The notes below the pieces were generated by a model, which did no database searches, had not been told where the DNA came from, and was given only the letters and a program-made list of their open reading frames with translations. Both the position numbers and the translations under genes were made by a program. 33,419 bases of DNA from Bigelowiella natans CCMP2755 (lineage: Eukaryota; Protista; Cercozoa), in contig ADNK01002941.1 of the NCBI GenBank assembly GCA_000320545.1, forward strand, positions 1 through 33,419, read 5' to 3'. Positions within the stretch are counted from its first letter, which is position 1, and every line of letters starts with the position of its first letter. Of the stretch, positions 1 through 13,500 are shown one piece after another.

Positions 1-183
1 CGCGTGTGCGTATACATGCGTGCCTACCCCCAGAACTCAGCAGCTTTCTTTACTTGCGCCATGTTTGACTAAGTACGGCGTGTGGTGTTACAATTGAAGC
101 ATTAACATGCAATACAATGCTAGTCTAGGAAACAGTAGAAAGGGAAACAATGCTCTTATCTTCGTTCTTTTTACGGTTCATAA

Positions 184-405
<222 letters not shown>

Positions 406-416
406 GATGACAACAG

Positions 417-3400
417 GTACTACTTCATCGAACAAAGTGGGGGCGGGGTGCGTTATTTCTACCGTGCCAGGAAGCGAGAGGTTTCAAACCGTATTATCTT
501 TCAAAAGTAGCTTTCCAATATGTTTTACTCTGTTCTCCATCTGTACTCGAAGGAAAGCGAGACTGATGTGCATACGAGTAAAATCGAAAACGGGCAAAAG
601 ATGATTAAGATAGCTTGGCAGAGGTATAGTTGTTTCGGAGAGTGTTCAACTTTTTAGATTTCAATCGTAATCAATCCACGCTCCTCCTCCTCCTCATCAA
701 TTTTGGGCAGGTACTACTTTGACGAAGGCGAACTGAGTCATCCGGACAAGTTTTACAGAATCTCAGATCTTATTCCTGTCAGTCCTCATAGTTTTACAGA
801 ATCTCAGATCTTATTCCTGTCAGTCCTCATCGCAATCGTGGATTCCATTCAAGGCTCCTCACCATCTTATTATTTTTTTAAAGCATTTATATAAGAAGAA
901 AATTCGAAGACAGTATTTAGTAGTAGTGAAAATTGTATGCAGTGGAAGATGAAGATTAAGGGTACATAAATGCCGCATGTAACATAATTCATATTATATC
1001 AACAATTTACAGGCTCCAACAATCCCTGTCGTAAATAACGTCAGCTTTGTTCAGGTACATAGGAATAATTAGTTACTACCTGAATGTATTTCTCTTGTAT
1101 GCTTTCTTTACTCTTCCTCGCCATGATCAAAACCTTCTTATTATCATGTAGACCGTGGGAATGCCGGAGCGGTTTTTTGATATCAACGATAAGGTGCTGC
1201 TGGATTTAGTAGTTGCAGTACATCCAAATAGTAGTAGTATTAGTAGTTGGCTGATTAGTTTCTCTTGTTTCCCTCTTCTTTCGCGATTAATCATTAAGAA
1301 AATGATGATGATGATTTGTGGTATGTTGTTAGATCATGTGTTTGAATCCCGCTGGGAGACCATTGGCAGCGACAATTCGAGGAATTGAAAAGTACATATC
1401 ATCATCATCATCATCATCATCATCACACGGCTAAAAAACAAATTATAGTAGTAATCCAGAGTAGTATATTAGCACAGTACGTAGTAGCATCTTCATCATA
1501 CCTACAATCCAAAATACTAATTGTAATAATAATAGACCGAATACTGTTAACTATACACAGCAAGAAACACCTTGCCTAAAACTAAAATAATTCAAAGAGA
1601 ATACTAGAAGATTACTTATCCATGTTTCCTCCACGTTGCTAGTCCTCATCATATTCTTCATCGCCATTGTTTTCTGCATTAACCACCACAGAAATTACTA
1701 TCATGTAGTGTATGGCGACGACAAGGACCAAACTTACGAGGTGATAATAATAGAACACGCATCATCGCATAAATTATTGGTCATCGTTTTTATCATTATT
1801 TTTTTAATTCTTTCTGCCATTAATTAATATTATACGATAGTAGTAAAAAGTCACTTCTTACCTCACAATTAATATATTGCGTTAGTAGTAAGAAGTCATT
1901 TCTTGCCTCACAATTCATATATTGCGATATAGTAGTAATGTGACATACATCATCATCATCATCATCATCATCATCATTATAATACGTCTTCTTAATAATC
2001 TATCACCACATTCACACGACAACGACGACATCTTGGCATTATTATTTTCAGTGGATCAGTCGAAACTCTGCACGTTTGAAAATTGGTCATGCAATGAAAA
2101 CAAAAGAGGCCAAAGACAGAAATGCAGCTGCCCGGTAGTAATAATTTTAATAAGTCCTGAGTACATTTCTTAAAAATTGTGAGAACGAGCGATGAAAACG
2201 AAGAAAAAGAAAAGAAGAAGAAGAAGAAGAAGAAGAAGAAGAAGAAAGGGACAGACATCACAGATATGATGATGCAATTATTTTTGAGGGGAAGGAGGTA
2301 TAGATTCAAAGATGATAATGGTAGTAAAAAACAATGTACTACCTCCATCTATAATTTCTCCTTGATACCTGATCGAATTAAAGTTGAGCCATATTATTTT
2401 TCTATGAAGCAGCACAACACTGCCTGCTTTTTGACTAGTGCTACAGCCATTACGTAGCGGCAACATGTTCCTCCTCCTCCTCTCCTCCTCTCCTCCTCCT
2501 CACACTATTACTGCTGTTTTGTACTACACTACTATTCATACTACAACTAAGGAGGTATTCTATCGAAAGCGAGTTGTTTGATGTTCTTAAAGAAGGCATG
2601 TATGTGGAGGTCACTAATACAGCCACTACCACCATCACTACTACTACTACTACTACCACTACCACTACCCTAATTACTAATTACTATAGCATCATCGATC
2701 AGCTAAGACGTCTACTTTGGGTCAAAAGAACAGTGGATCTCAATACTACTTAACTTCCTCTTGTACTACTGCTACTACGACTACTACATCTTACTTTATA
2801 GGCTCAATACCCAGATGGCGAAATGATCCGTGCAAGAGTACTTCATAAGGAAGAGGAGGTATTAAATGTCATTATCTGCAACCTCGACTACACCACGAAC
2901 TACTTTAAGTAGTATATCGTCATCCTGACAGCTTATGCCATCATCATCATCATCGTCGTCGTCATCATCATCATTGTGTTATCTGACCACATAATCTTTT
3001 TATGTTGCTCCTCCTCCTCCTCTTCCTCCTCCTCCTCCCCCTCCCCTCCTTTCTTCTCCTCTTCCTCCTCTCTTTTATTTTGCTATGGTGCTGCCCATAT
3101 TAGCCAAAGAATCCACAACAAGGCTATATCACTGTCATTTTCATAGGGTAGTATCTGATGAAAGAGAACGATGTCACCATCATATTGCTGTTGTTTTTGT
3201 TATCACTGGGAAACGACAGTACAAAGTTGGAGCTTTCATCCTTCAATTACAAATAGAAAAAATTGTACTTGTCCCTGCTATGATCTAATAATAGGGAGGG
3301 GTTAATGCGTGAGTGTATTTACTGTCGTTATCATCATCGTCGTCTTTGTATTCCCTCCCTCTCCTTCAAAACCATCTCAATATTGACAATATCCACCCAC

Positions 3401-3564
3401 AATACGTATCATCATCATCATCATCATTATCATCATCATACTACTACTACTTCACTCCTTTTGTTTAGAAACCGCTTAACACGCCAGAGAGCATTCCCAA
3501 GAAGAGTAGTCAAGTAAGGAGGAGAAGAAGAATTTAAGAAAAACAACACACAACAGACCCAGGC

Positions 3565-3600
<36 letters not shown>

Positions 3601-3609
3601 AGAGAGGGG

Positions 3610-3649
<40 letters not shown>

Positions 3650-3730
3650 CCATTTGATGCACAGAGAGGAAAGATACTACTCGGGTTAGGGTTAGGGTTA
3701 GGGTTATCGACTGTATTTACACACGTATAA

Positions 3731-3768
<38 letters not shown>

Positions 3769-4032
3769 CAGCGAAGAGCGACTTGTCCGACTAGTCGAAG
3801 GAACAGAGGTGTAGATCTTGTTCCATTTAGTTTTGTTTTGTTTTGTTTCTCGAGGATTATGTGGTAGGTAGGTAGGTAGGGGGTGGATGGAGGAAGAAAG
3901 GGGGGAATCCATACCAACAAATATAATCAATGTGAATGATGCTGGATATTGTTGATGATTGGTGACAAACATCACCACCCTATCCCCTAATCTAATCAAC
4001 CTTTGTTATTATTCTTCTTCCTCCTACCTTGA

Positions 4033-4064
<32 letters not shown>

Positions 4065-4808
4065 TCTCCTATACTCATCCTCGTCATGTCCGTTGATTAT
4101 CTCTGTCGTCCTCACGATTATCATCTATCAACCAACCATCCATCCATCCATCCATCCATCCATCAGCGGGTAAAAGTAAAGGATAACAACAAGACTCTTC
4201 ACTTCATCAGTTCATTGAAAGCCATCAACCTCTCGGTTGTGTCGATGAATAGAGAGGGGGGTCACTCCATGTTTCGTGCCCTCAGTTATCAGCTATTTGG
4301 AACACAAACTAATTGGAAGGTAATAGTTATCATCATCATAGTCATAGAGGAGGAGGAGCATTAGTATTTCAGACAAGAAGACACACCAATAATAATAATA
4401 ACAGCCTGGTGATAAAATACGAGTGAATGAATGAATGTGTATTATACTACTAATAGGCAATTCGTGGCATGTGCGTGGACCATATGATCAATCATAAAGT
4501 GAGTGATGAGCGTAATGGTAGTAGTAGTGGACCATATGATCAATCATAAAGTGGGTGATGAGTGTAATGGTAGTAATAGTGGACCATATGATCAATCATA
4601 AAGTGGGTGATGAGCGTAATGGTAGTAGTAGTGGAAGTGGTAGTAGTAGTAGTAGTAGCACCAGGCTTGCTAGGTAAGGGAAGGGGAGGAAGAGGAGGAG
4701 GAGGAGGAGGAGGAGGAGGAGGAGGAAACGTTTTTCTCTCTTTGCTTTGAAGCTATTGATGGTCTAAATCGATTCTCTCCCAAAACCCGACGACACTCAC
4801 ATCTCTTC

Positions 4809-4852
<44 letters not shown>

Positions 4853-5721
4853 ACACATTTATGAACCCAACATAATTGATGATGATCGTAGGATTGTTAC
4901 CATGATCAGCAACATCTATATTTTTCCTCCTGTTGTCCTCCTATCACAACTGTATTTATCCTCTATCTTCCGACCTTGATACTACTACTTTATGATGATG
5001 ATGATGATGATGATGTAGGATTATTTCCAGCACTTCATCGACTGTGAATTCGAACAGTTAAGAAGAATGATGAAAAGAAAAGAATAACTCTTCTTGTTTG
5101 TTATTCACTGATTAGACATAAGAAGAAGATGAAAAGAATAACCCTTCTTGTTTGTTATTCACTGATTAGACATTATTCAAACTAAAAAGTCGAAATATGA
5201 TGGTATAAATGATATGTTGGTAACCCTAATGTTGTTTAATCATCTAAAAGGTACATTGCGACCAAGAAGAAGGCAATTCGTCTTAAGGATTTTTATGCAC
5301 CAGGAGATCATCTCGATCTACAGGTGGTGCTAGCTATTTATTTATTATCGTCATCACTACTATTATTATCAATCAAATTTATTTATTTACTTATTCATTC
5401 ATTCCACTATTTTTTTCCATTCTTGTTCCTTTTTCCTTTTTTTCCTTCGTTCTCCTCCTCTATTTTGGTCCTCAGCATTAATCGAAGATGATAATGATAA
5501 TAATAATAGGCAATTTGCGAGATATTTGATGTCGGAGTAAGAATATATTCAGACAAAGCATCACGGTACTACTATTGGTAGTAGTGACATTATTCATTCA
5601 TGCATGATAAACAACTGATGTGCTGATGATGATATTTTAACACTCTTTCTTCTCATTTTTACAACAGTTAATTGTATTTTGCATACACCAACAACATAGC
5701 AGCATGGTAATCTTGATCAAT

Positions 5722-5755
<34 letters not shown>

Positions 5756-6258
5756 GGCCATTCAATTTTGTATCGATCTATGCGGATCCACATAGTCCTT
5801 TCCAAAAAGAGTAATAGTTGTTGCACTAAGTGTGCTGTTTATTATTACAACTACTCGCTTATGATGATGATGGTGATGGTGGTGGTGGTGGTGGTGGTCA
5901 TCATAATTATTGATCATCTCTCTCTCTCTCCCTCTCCAGATATGGTTTTGGATGCATTCGGTTGTTCTACAGAGGTAGGTCGTAGTAATAATATATATCA
6001 GTCTAAGAAGAAGTAGTAGTAGTAGTACTGGTAGGAGGAGGAGGAGGAGGAGGAGGAGGAGGAGGAGGAGGAGGAGCAGTTACCAGGGGTTAATAGGGAT
6101 ATTGTCCATCACTTCAGATTCTTCATTTTTGAGAAACAAATATGATGATAATGATGACAATGTGTAGTCTATGAGAGGTCCACCACGCACGCATCCTCCC
6201 TCCTCCTCCTTCAATCCATTGATGTCTAGCATATAAATTAGTCGTTCTCATCCACCGC

Positions 6259-6291
<33 letters not shown>

Positions 6292-6418
6292 CAATTGAAA
6301 GTAGTAGGAATAACAATAGTGTGGTATAAAGTAATTAAAGTTGTTGTTGTTATTGTTATAGTAGTCTACGGAAATACTACTACCTACTTCTTCATCGCTA
6401 CTGATTACTGCTTCTTAC

Positions 6419-6458
<40 letters not shown>

Positions 6459-7426
6459 ATCTCCATCATCATCATCGATCACATACAGGTGATGAAGAAT
6501 ACGACTCTCTTGTAGAACAAGGCACCTCCATCCCGCTCAAAAGAAAAATTGGATTCCAAAAGTACCTGGACTACTAGCAGTAGTAGTAGAAGTAGTAGTA
6601 CGATGTTTATGATGAACATCATCATGATGAGGATAAGACGAAGATGGTTGTTCCAAGTAGTATTATCATCATCCAATAATTATTTATATTATTAATACCA
6701 TCATCCAATAAGTATTTATATTATTAATATGATTAATATTAGAGCACCAAAGACACTTGGAGAGCTGACAGAGAAAGATATCAAAGGCATCATCTTGAAG
6801 GTATTTATTATTATTCCAGCACGTACATTCACAGGTGTGTGTGGTACTACTTCGCATATATGATAACCATCATCACAATAGTAATCATTATTGCTATCAG
6901 GAAGCGACGATATTATTGCAAATGATCCCTTATTTTATTTTATTTTGTTAAAATAATATCAAACTATGATCACAGTCCCGTAGAAGAGATTTCGCCATTA
7001 ACAACCCAGATTTATTCGAGGAAAATACGGTTGGTTGCTTTCTTTCTTTATTTAGCTATTATCATCCTCCTTTTGGTCTTTCTCGTGCAGCATGAATTGT
7101 TTTCAAGATATAATATTCCAATAATCTGATGCTGATGTATGTTGGCACAAGCAATGCTGCTTGCCGCTGTAAATGTGAGAAATAATAGAAGAAATTGAAA
7201 AAAAGAAGGTTTGAGCAACCTCAGCTAGCTAATAATGGACGTTGGTGTGTGTGTATGTGTGTGTGTGCGTGTTGTTTCTAGCCGCCTATCATTGCTACTA
7301 CAACTACTATTACTATTACTATTTTAACGACGACCTATTTGATAATTATTGTTAATGAGAAGAAGAATCTGCACCTTTATTCCCTAAAATAATAAGTAAG
7401 TCATACTTCAATGGTTACTCCTTACT

Positions 7427-7469
<43 letters not shown>

Positions 7470-7600
7470 GTCTCTGGTCGTGTCCATAGAATGTACAGGT
7501 ATGTGAATTTACAGGAGAATGGGTGTTCAGTTCCGAGACATCCACTGAGAAAACGGTATTATAACTATTATTATTATTATTAAACGTATCCTGCACGGGT

Positions 7601-7632
<32 letters not shown>

Positions 7633-7704
7633 ACGTACCACGTCATCGCTTAACACATAGTAAGTAAGTAGCGCACACTGGTGTTGACATTATTAATGTT
7701 GTCA

Positions 7705-7741
<37 letters not shown>

Positions 7742-7802
7742 AGGTTCTGGCAATGTTAAAACAGTTTTCACTCCCTGTGCCTACCGGCTGGTAATAATAA
7801 TG

Positions 7803-7833
<31 letters not shown>

Positions 7834-8043
7834 GAGATAGGAATATACGGTATGCGATGTACTACTTACTAGTACTACTACTACTACTACTACTACTACA
7901 ACTACTTTGTCCACATCTGCTAATACTTCTCATCTTCTGTATTGTCACCACTATCACAGCATTAGTGCCAACACATCGTCGTCGTCGTCATCATCATCAT
8001 CATCATCACCACTCATCAGCATCTTTTATCATATGTTGTTACA

Positions 8044-8078
<35 letters not shown>

Positions 8079-8806
8079 GATGTTGTCTTGTCGTAGGGAC
8101 CCAAGCGGATTGGAGGTGGAAACTGGTTCAACGAAACTTAAGGTGGTGTTTGTGCAATTAGTATGTATATATATATATATATATATATATTATGATAATA
8201 TCATATAGTAGTGTGTATCCTAATTGGATGTGTGGTGGCTACTACTACTACGGTGATGTGAGTGAGTGATGCCGTTGTGAAATGCATGTTATGAAGTGAA
8301 TGACGAGGAAATATTATGACAAATGCTGCCCCTCTTATATGTTTACCATTCGTTACAGCTGGCCGTCCGTTGTTGCTTTAAATACTGATTTATTTTGAGC
8401 ACCCCCTCCCCCCCCCCCCCTTCGATTGGTGAGATACTGACTATTGCCTGCCGCTGTGGTGTACAGCTTAAGATCTCAAAAACGGAGAAGAAATTGCCAG
8501 GAGATAGCTCTAAAACTCTAAGACGTCAGTTTGAGATCACGGGGATTGAAGCAAAAGCGCAAAAGCTTGTGGACTTTTGTGAGGTAGGTTGTAGGTAGCG
8601 ACATGATGTAACAGTGATCATGCATGCATGGTGGCGAGAAGGAGGAGGAGGAATTTCACTTATCATCACCAATGCATTTTTATATTGTCGTTACTACGTA
8701 CGAATGGGGTGGATAATGTGTGCTATGCTCCTTTGTTTCGCAGAGATACTTTGAAGGATTGAAGCTTCTCCAAACCAGAGCAGCGGTCTTATCTAGAGTA
8801 AGTTGA
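417..8806 (+). CDS. Multi-exon host gene: Tudor/chromo-barrel-like segments plus catalytically degenerate OTU domain; 5' end probably upstream of 417
   Basis: GT-AG exons joined by hand. N-terminal part gives ...FFDINDK|IMCLNPAGRPLAATIRGIEK|NYYHVVYGDDKDQTYE|WISRNSARL... and LKEGMYVE|AQYPDGEMIRARVL (Tudor/chromo-barrel-like). From 4167: ...REGGHSMFRALSYQLFGTQTNWK|AIRGMCVDHMINHK|DYFQHFIDCEFEQ|YIATKKK...PGDHLDLQ|AICEIFDVGVRIYS...|GCIRLFYR|GDEEYDSLV (OTU fold). Exons from 4167 to the TGA at 8804-8806 are all phase-compatible. Some exons between 2.3 and 3.8 kb are uncertain. Confidence 0.75.
3683..3706 (+). repeat. Short interstitial telomere-type (TTAGGG)n tract
   Basis: GGGTTAGGGTTAGGGTTAGGGTTA inside an intron. 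Confidence 0.7.
4476..4634 (+). repeat. ~51-bp tandem repeat x3 overlapping an exon end and 5' splice site
   Basis: GTGGACCATATGATCAATCATAAAGTG(A/G)GTGATGAG(C/T)GTAATGGTAGTA.. repeated three times. Confidence 0.9.
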
Positions 8807-8939
8807 GCTCTAAAATGACATTTTTTGTAACTTTGTAACGCGTAAAGAGCATTGGAGAGCAATGTACTTGAATTACGACATTCCCATCAAACGAGCAACA
8901 TATCAACACATCATTCGAAAACTCTACTCGCTTCTTCGT

Positions 8940-10270
8940 CGTCACTATGAGATGCGTACTAGACTTGTCGTCTATGTCTAGCTAGCTAGACGTGGTTGCT
9001 ACTGCATTGCATTAGCTATGTCTAGATGTGTGCGCGCCATGCTAGCTAGCTCATGAGCTGCCTAGCTGCGCTGATCGAAAGCGACAGAACAGTGCTCTAG
9101 CTAAAGACGTTTAGATGTGCAGCTTGCACAACGAAACCTGCATGCTATGGCATGGCGTGCAGCTGCAATGTGTGCACAAGATAACAAGCCTAGAAGCGTC
9201 TGTGTGCAGCACTGTCTATCATCACTATGGCTAGCGCTAGACCGCATGATTGTGGTGCAAATTTCCAACATCGATAAACCAACCGTTCCTAGCTAGCTTG
9301 GTTCAGATTCCAGCGAAATCTAACAAATCTACCGCAATTAAGCACATGTGAAAAATTGAGACCTTGCAATTGTTCTCTAGCTAGATCTGGCTGGCGTTCT
9401 CAGCAGATCGATCGAAGCACTAGCTAGCTAGAGCACAATGTGAGCTTGGAACCTTCGTTATATCGTCCAACATGTGGCTGCCATGCTGACATGTCTAGCT
9501 AGCTAGCTAGATGTCTAGATGTGCATGTGGTAGCAGCCGACTCGATCGAGATCCTCGCTGCTGTGTCTAGCTAGCTCTAGAGCTCGCTAGCATGCAGCGA
9601 TTGCTAGATTGTGACTGATGCACTAGATCAGGTCAGCTAGCTAGCTAGCTAGCATGGGTGACATCTGGAGATGATCACAATGCTAGAATTGCTGGATGGG
9701 CTTGCATCGCAGAGCTACAGAGAGCTAGAGAGATGCCTGGCTAGCTGGCTAGCTGGGCTGCGTGCGCGCGTGGTCGACAATGCGCAGAATGAATGAATGA
9801 GAGGAATCGAACTGCATGGCTAGCAGCTCTAGCTAGAGCTAGCAGCTACTAGATTGCAAGATCTAGAGATGGCCGCCTCAAATTCGACAACAGCACGTGC
9901 GCAGTCTCAGTGCGTGCAGCTAGCAAGACATGCATGCATGCAGCTCTAGCTAGCTAGCTGTAGATCTGTCTAGCTAGCTAGAGCTGCATGATTGCTAGAC
10001 AGCGTGCTAGCGTGTCTCAAATTAGGTGTGTGCAGTCTAGCACTGTGGACTACACAAAGCTAGAAAGCACCAAAGCAGTGTGTGTTCATGATGGCATGGC
10101 TAGCTAGCATCTGCTACTGTCGTCAATCATGCGAATCGCGAATGCCAACACAGCCGTAAACGCAAAATGCATGCCGCGCTTGCTCCTTCGTTTGTAAGAA
10201 GAAACAAATGCACATGCTATGCATGTAGCAGTGGTGTCATCAACATTTCAAGCATGCATGCATGCACCAT
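8940..10270. other. Degenerate intergenic tract rich in CTAG/AGCT/TGCA/CATG; probable hypermutated repeat relic
   Basis: Lies between the stop codons of two convergent host genes. No ORF of 60 aa or more in the track. (GCTA)n and (TGCA)n runs are visible. Confidence 0.6.
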
Positions 10271-10540
10271 TTAGAAAAGAAAATTTGATCAATAATATGA
10301 CTGAAAATGATTATGCTACATTGTTCCCAGGACAAAGATACCATTTACGAGTTGCAAACTTCTTATAATTTACAATAACGGTAAACAGATACTAAATTCT
10401 CCTATGCTCTGAACGAACTTGAGTTTTGATTCACACGTACAACTTCAATATGTTAAATGATCAGACGTAAGTAATGCGTGAAAATATCACCCTTCCAGGC
10501 ATTGAAAAATTACACTTGCATATGCATACTGGCTTCTAAC

Positions 10541-13500
10541 TCATTCTTTTACGCGACTTGCTGTCTTAAGTGATGGCGCTTTGGGTTGCGTGAGAGGCTT
10601 TGTGGAAGGTCGGATGATCAAAGGTTTGCTCTTCTTTATTGGATGAGCTTTGTGGACGCACTGGATTCTCCACTCTCGATCTTCTGCTTCCTGTCTCGCC
10701 TAATGGACAAACAGCAGTAAAAATAAAAACCCTCTCTTCTTTACATTAAACATATTATTTGGTTATGCAATCAGTACCTTCAAAGCAGCTTCTTCAGCCT
10801 TCTTCCTTTCTTCAGCTTCCTCACGAGCCTTAGCATACTCGTTTCGCACTGCATTGCTCTCCCGCTCACGAACTTGAGTCGCCAACATAAAGGGCTCTGG
10901 CTTAGTTAATGGTTTACGGGAAGCAACTGGTGTGTCATAGAAAACGAAGTCATGAGAAATTGGATACAGATATCACGCACAGTTAGACAGAGAGAGGGGG
11001 AGAGGGGAAGAGGTAGAGAATGAGAGAGGGAGAGAGGGAGAGATTCTATGTAGTTATATGCTATTCATTTTCATTCCAAACATGCAATTTCACTTACAGA
11101 GGAAGAAATCGTCATCCCATTTGCTGAAGAAAAAAATAATACACCACTTTAGTAAATCGTACACGCATGTAGTGTAATTTGCCTCTGCTTACATTTCTCC
11201 AGCGACAAATTTTGCTTTCTGGCGCTTCTCTTCCTCCTCCCTCTGCAATTTTTTTTGTAACGCTATTTTAGCTTTTCTTGATAGTTCCTCTCCCATTAGA
11301 TTGAAAGGTTCAGGTTCAGTCACTTTGATAACCTCCTCGCGTTGTTTCTGCATATATGAGTCTGTATTAATGCCTTCCTTCATTAGTGGATTGGATTTAT
11401 GCGAAAAAGACTGCCGCAGATTATGCCACCATTTCCATTTCGAACAATATCATAAAATTGATTCAGTATCAATAGGCAGCAACAGCAGTAAAATACTATC
11501 ATACACCACAGCTTTAAATTATACAACAGTAGAACAATACTACCATACCACGGGTTTAAATTTTGGCATCGGTGCCGCGACTGGAATAAGCCTCTTTTTC
11601 TCCTCTTCCCTTTGTGCTTGCAGCCTTGCAATTTCATCCTCCTTGTGAGCAGCCCCACGCTTTTCTGTGTGCAAATTAAATTCCGTTGGAACTGTAATTG
11701 TTGGATGCTGATTCATAGAAGCTCGTCCGGAGATTTTCCCCTTAGCTTTCTGCTGCGAAATACATTCCAAATTTGAATATCAAGAATACAACTCGAATAA
11801 CATTTCTATATTACAATGTCGCATCATCGGGGACATTATTACCTTAGTGATCTCTGCCTCTGGGTTTGAGTCTTTAATATACTTGTGTACAAGACGATTT
11901 GTTTTCAGATCTGGAGACTTAGGCTCAGTGAGAGGCATAGCTTTCTTCTTTATTATTTCCTTTATGTTATTCTTTTTCTTGAACAATTTTGGGTTAAAAG
12001 GCCTGGCCTTGAAGCGACGTGGCTCTGCAGCAGCAATATCACCGGCAGTTACAACACTTTTACGAACCGTTGAAGTCCTTGCTGCAGCAGAACTTAAATT
12101 GAATTCCTACATTATCCCAACAAATATTCAGATATCTATTATAAATTCTCCATATGTCAAAAAATTGCTGTTTTTAAACTCGCTGTCCTTAAGAAATTTA
12201 TTTTTGGAGATCATTAGATTAACCTTAAATGAGGTTGGCTTTCTCTTTTCAACCCTTGGTACACCATACTCACCCCCGCTTGTGAAGATCTGTAGTTTTT
12301 AGGGAAAGTGTCACATTATTGTTATTTCAGTTTTCTACTTACCAAAGCGCATGAAATACATACGACATATGGTAATATCTACAACCATTACACAAAATAA
12401 TACAAACCTTTGGATCAAGAGGCCGTGCTTTGAATCCTTTGAAGTTTTTCATTTCCTCTACCTCTCTTTCTTCGCTTGATACGATCGAAGATCTATATAC
12501 AGAAAAGAAAGTAGATGACACCTAGTTACTACAACTGTCATCACCACCATCGTTATTTTAGGATCAACCCGCATCATACCATTATTATCCGATAGAAATA
12601 TATTATTACAATGGCTTCCTCATGCCTCGTTGTTTGGTATTGAGTTGAGGAGAGATTGGTCCGGTCAATTCGCCGTCATTTAAAGCTGTGTGCTTTATCG
12701 GAAGATCCTACATTTTAATTCATTTCAGATTTGCTAAATAGCATTTTTAGAAAAGATCTGACTGTCTTTTTTTCGCGTGAAAACATTAATTGTTGAGAAA
12801 ACGCATTTCTAATGCATTAGTAAGGTTGAGGCTAAAAAGGACAAACTACTTTTATACAGCTCCACCTGTTTCTCTTCCATAAAAAAGTTATTGACTTTGC
12901 ATGACATTGAAACGAAAGGCTGCTTTTGATCTTTCATTTTTGTGCGCCTGTCTGTCTCCAAGTTAAATGGGATGGGGTGTGTCGGTCCAGATGCTGCACT
13001 CTTGAGACCAACTTTCGGCTTGCGCTAGTTCAACATTATCACAAGTGGTGGGTAATGATGATTGCCACGTCAGAACACAAATGTTGTAGCACGAAGAGTA
13101 TATATGTACCAAGTATTATTAGTGGGAAGAGAAGTACTTCTTTTGCTGCTTTTATGTAAGCAATAGATGGTACAATCTTACTCATGCCTCTTTTTTTAAT
13201 CTCTCAATATGACTAACTACACATAAATACCTTTTTCACCGATGCAACTTTCGGTTCTCTGTATCCTAGACGGCTTGCGGTCACAAAAGAAAATTCTTCA
13301 GGCTCTGTGAGAGGCTTTGTGGACCTTCGCGTGTACTCCGTTTTTGGTACAAGAATCTTACGAAATTTTTTGGCCAGTTTGCGTCGTTTTTCTGCCTCTT
13401 GATGAAGCTTCTTCACTTCTTCCATTTCTCGCTCGAGACTGGTAGGAATAGCGGCCTTCTTACTACCACGCCTTTAAAACCATATTGTATGATGATAAAG

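Noticed and set aside
3683-3706. Chromosome end
   Set aside because: Only about four TTAGGG units, inside an intron of a continuing gene.
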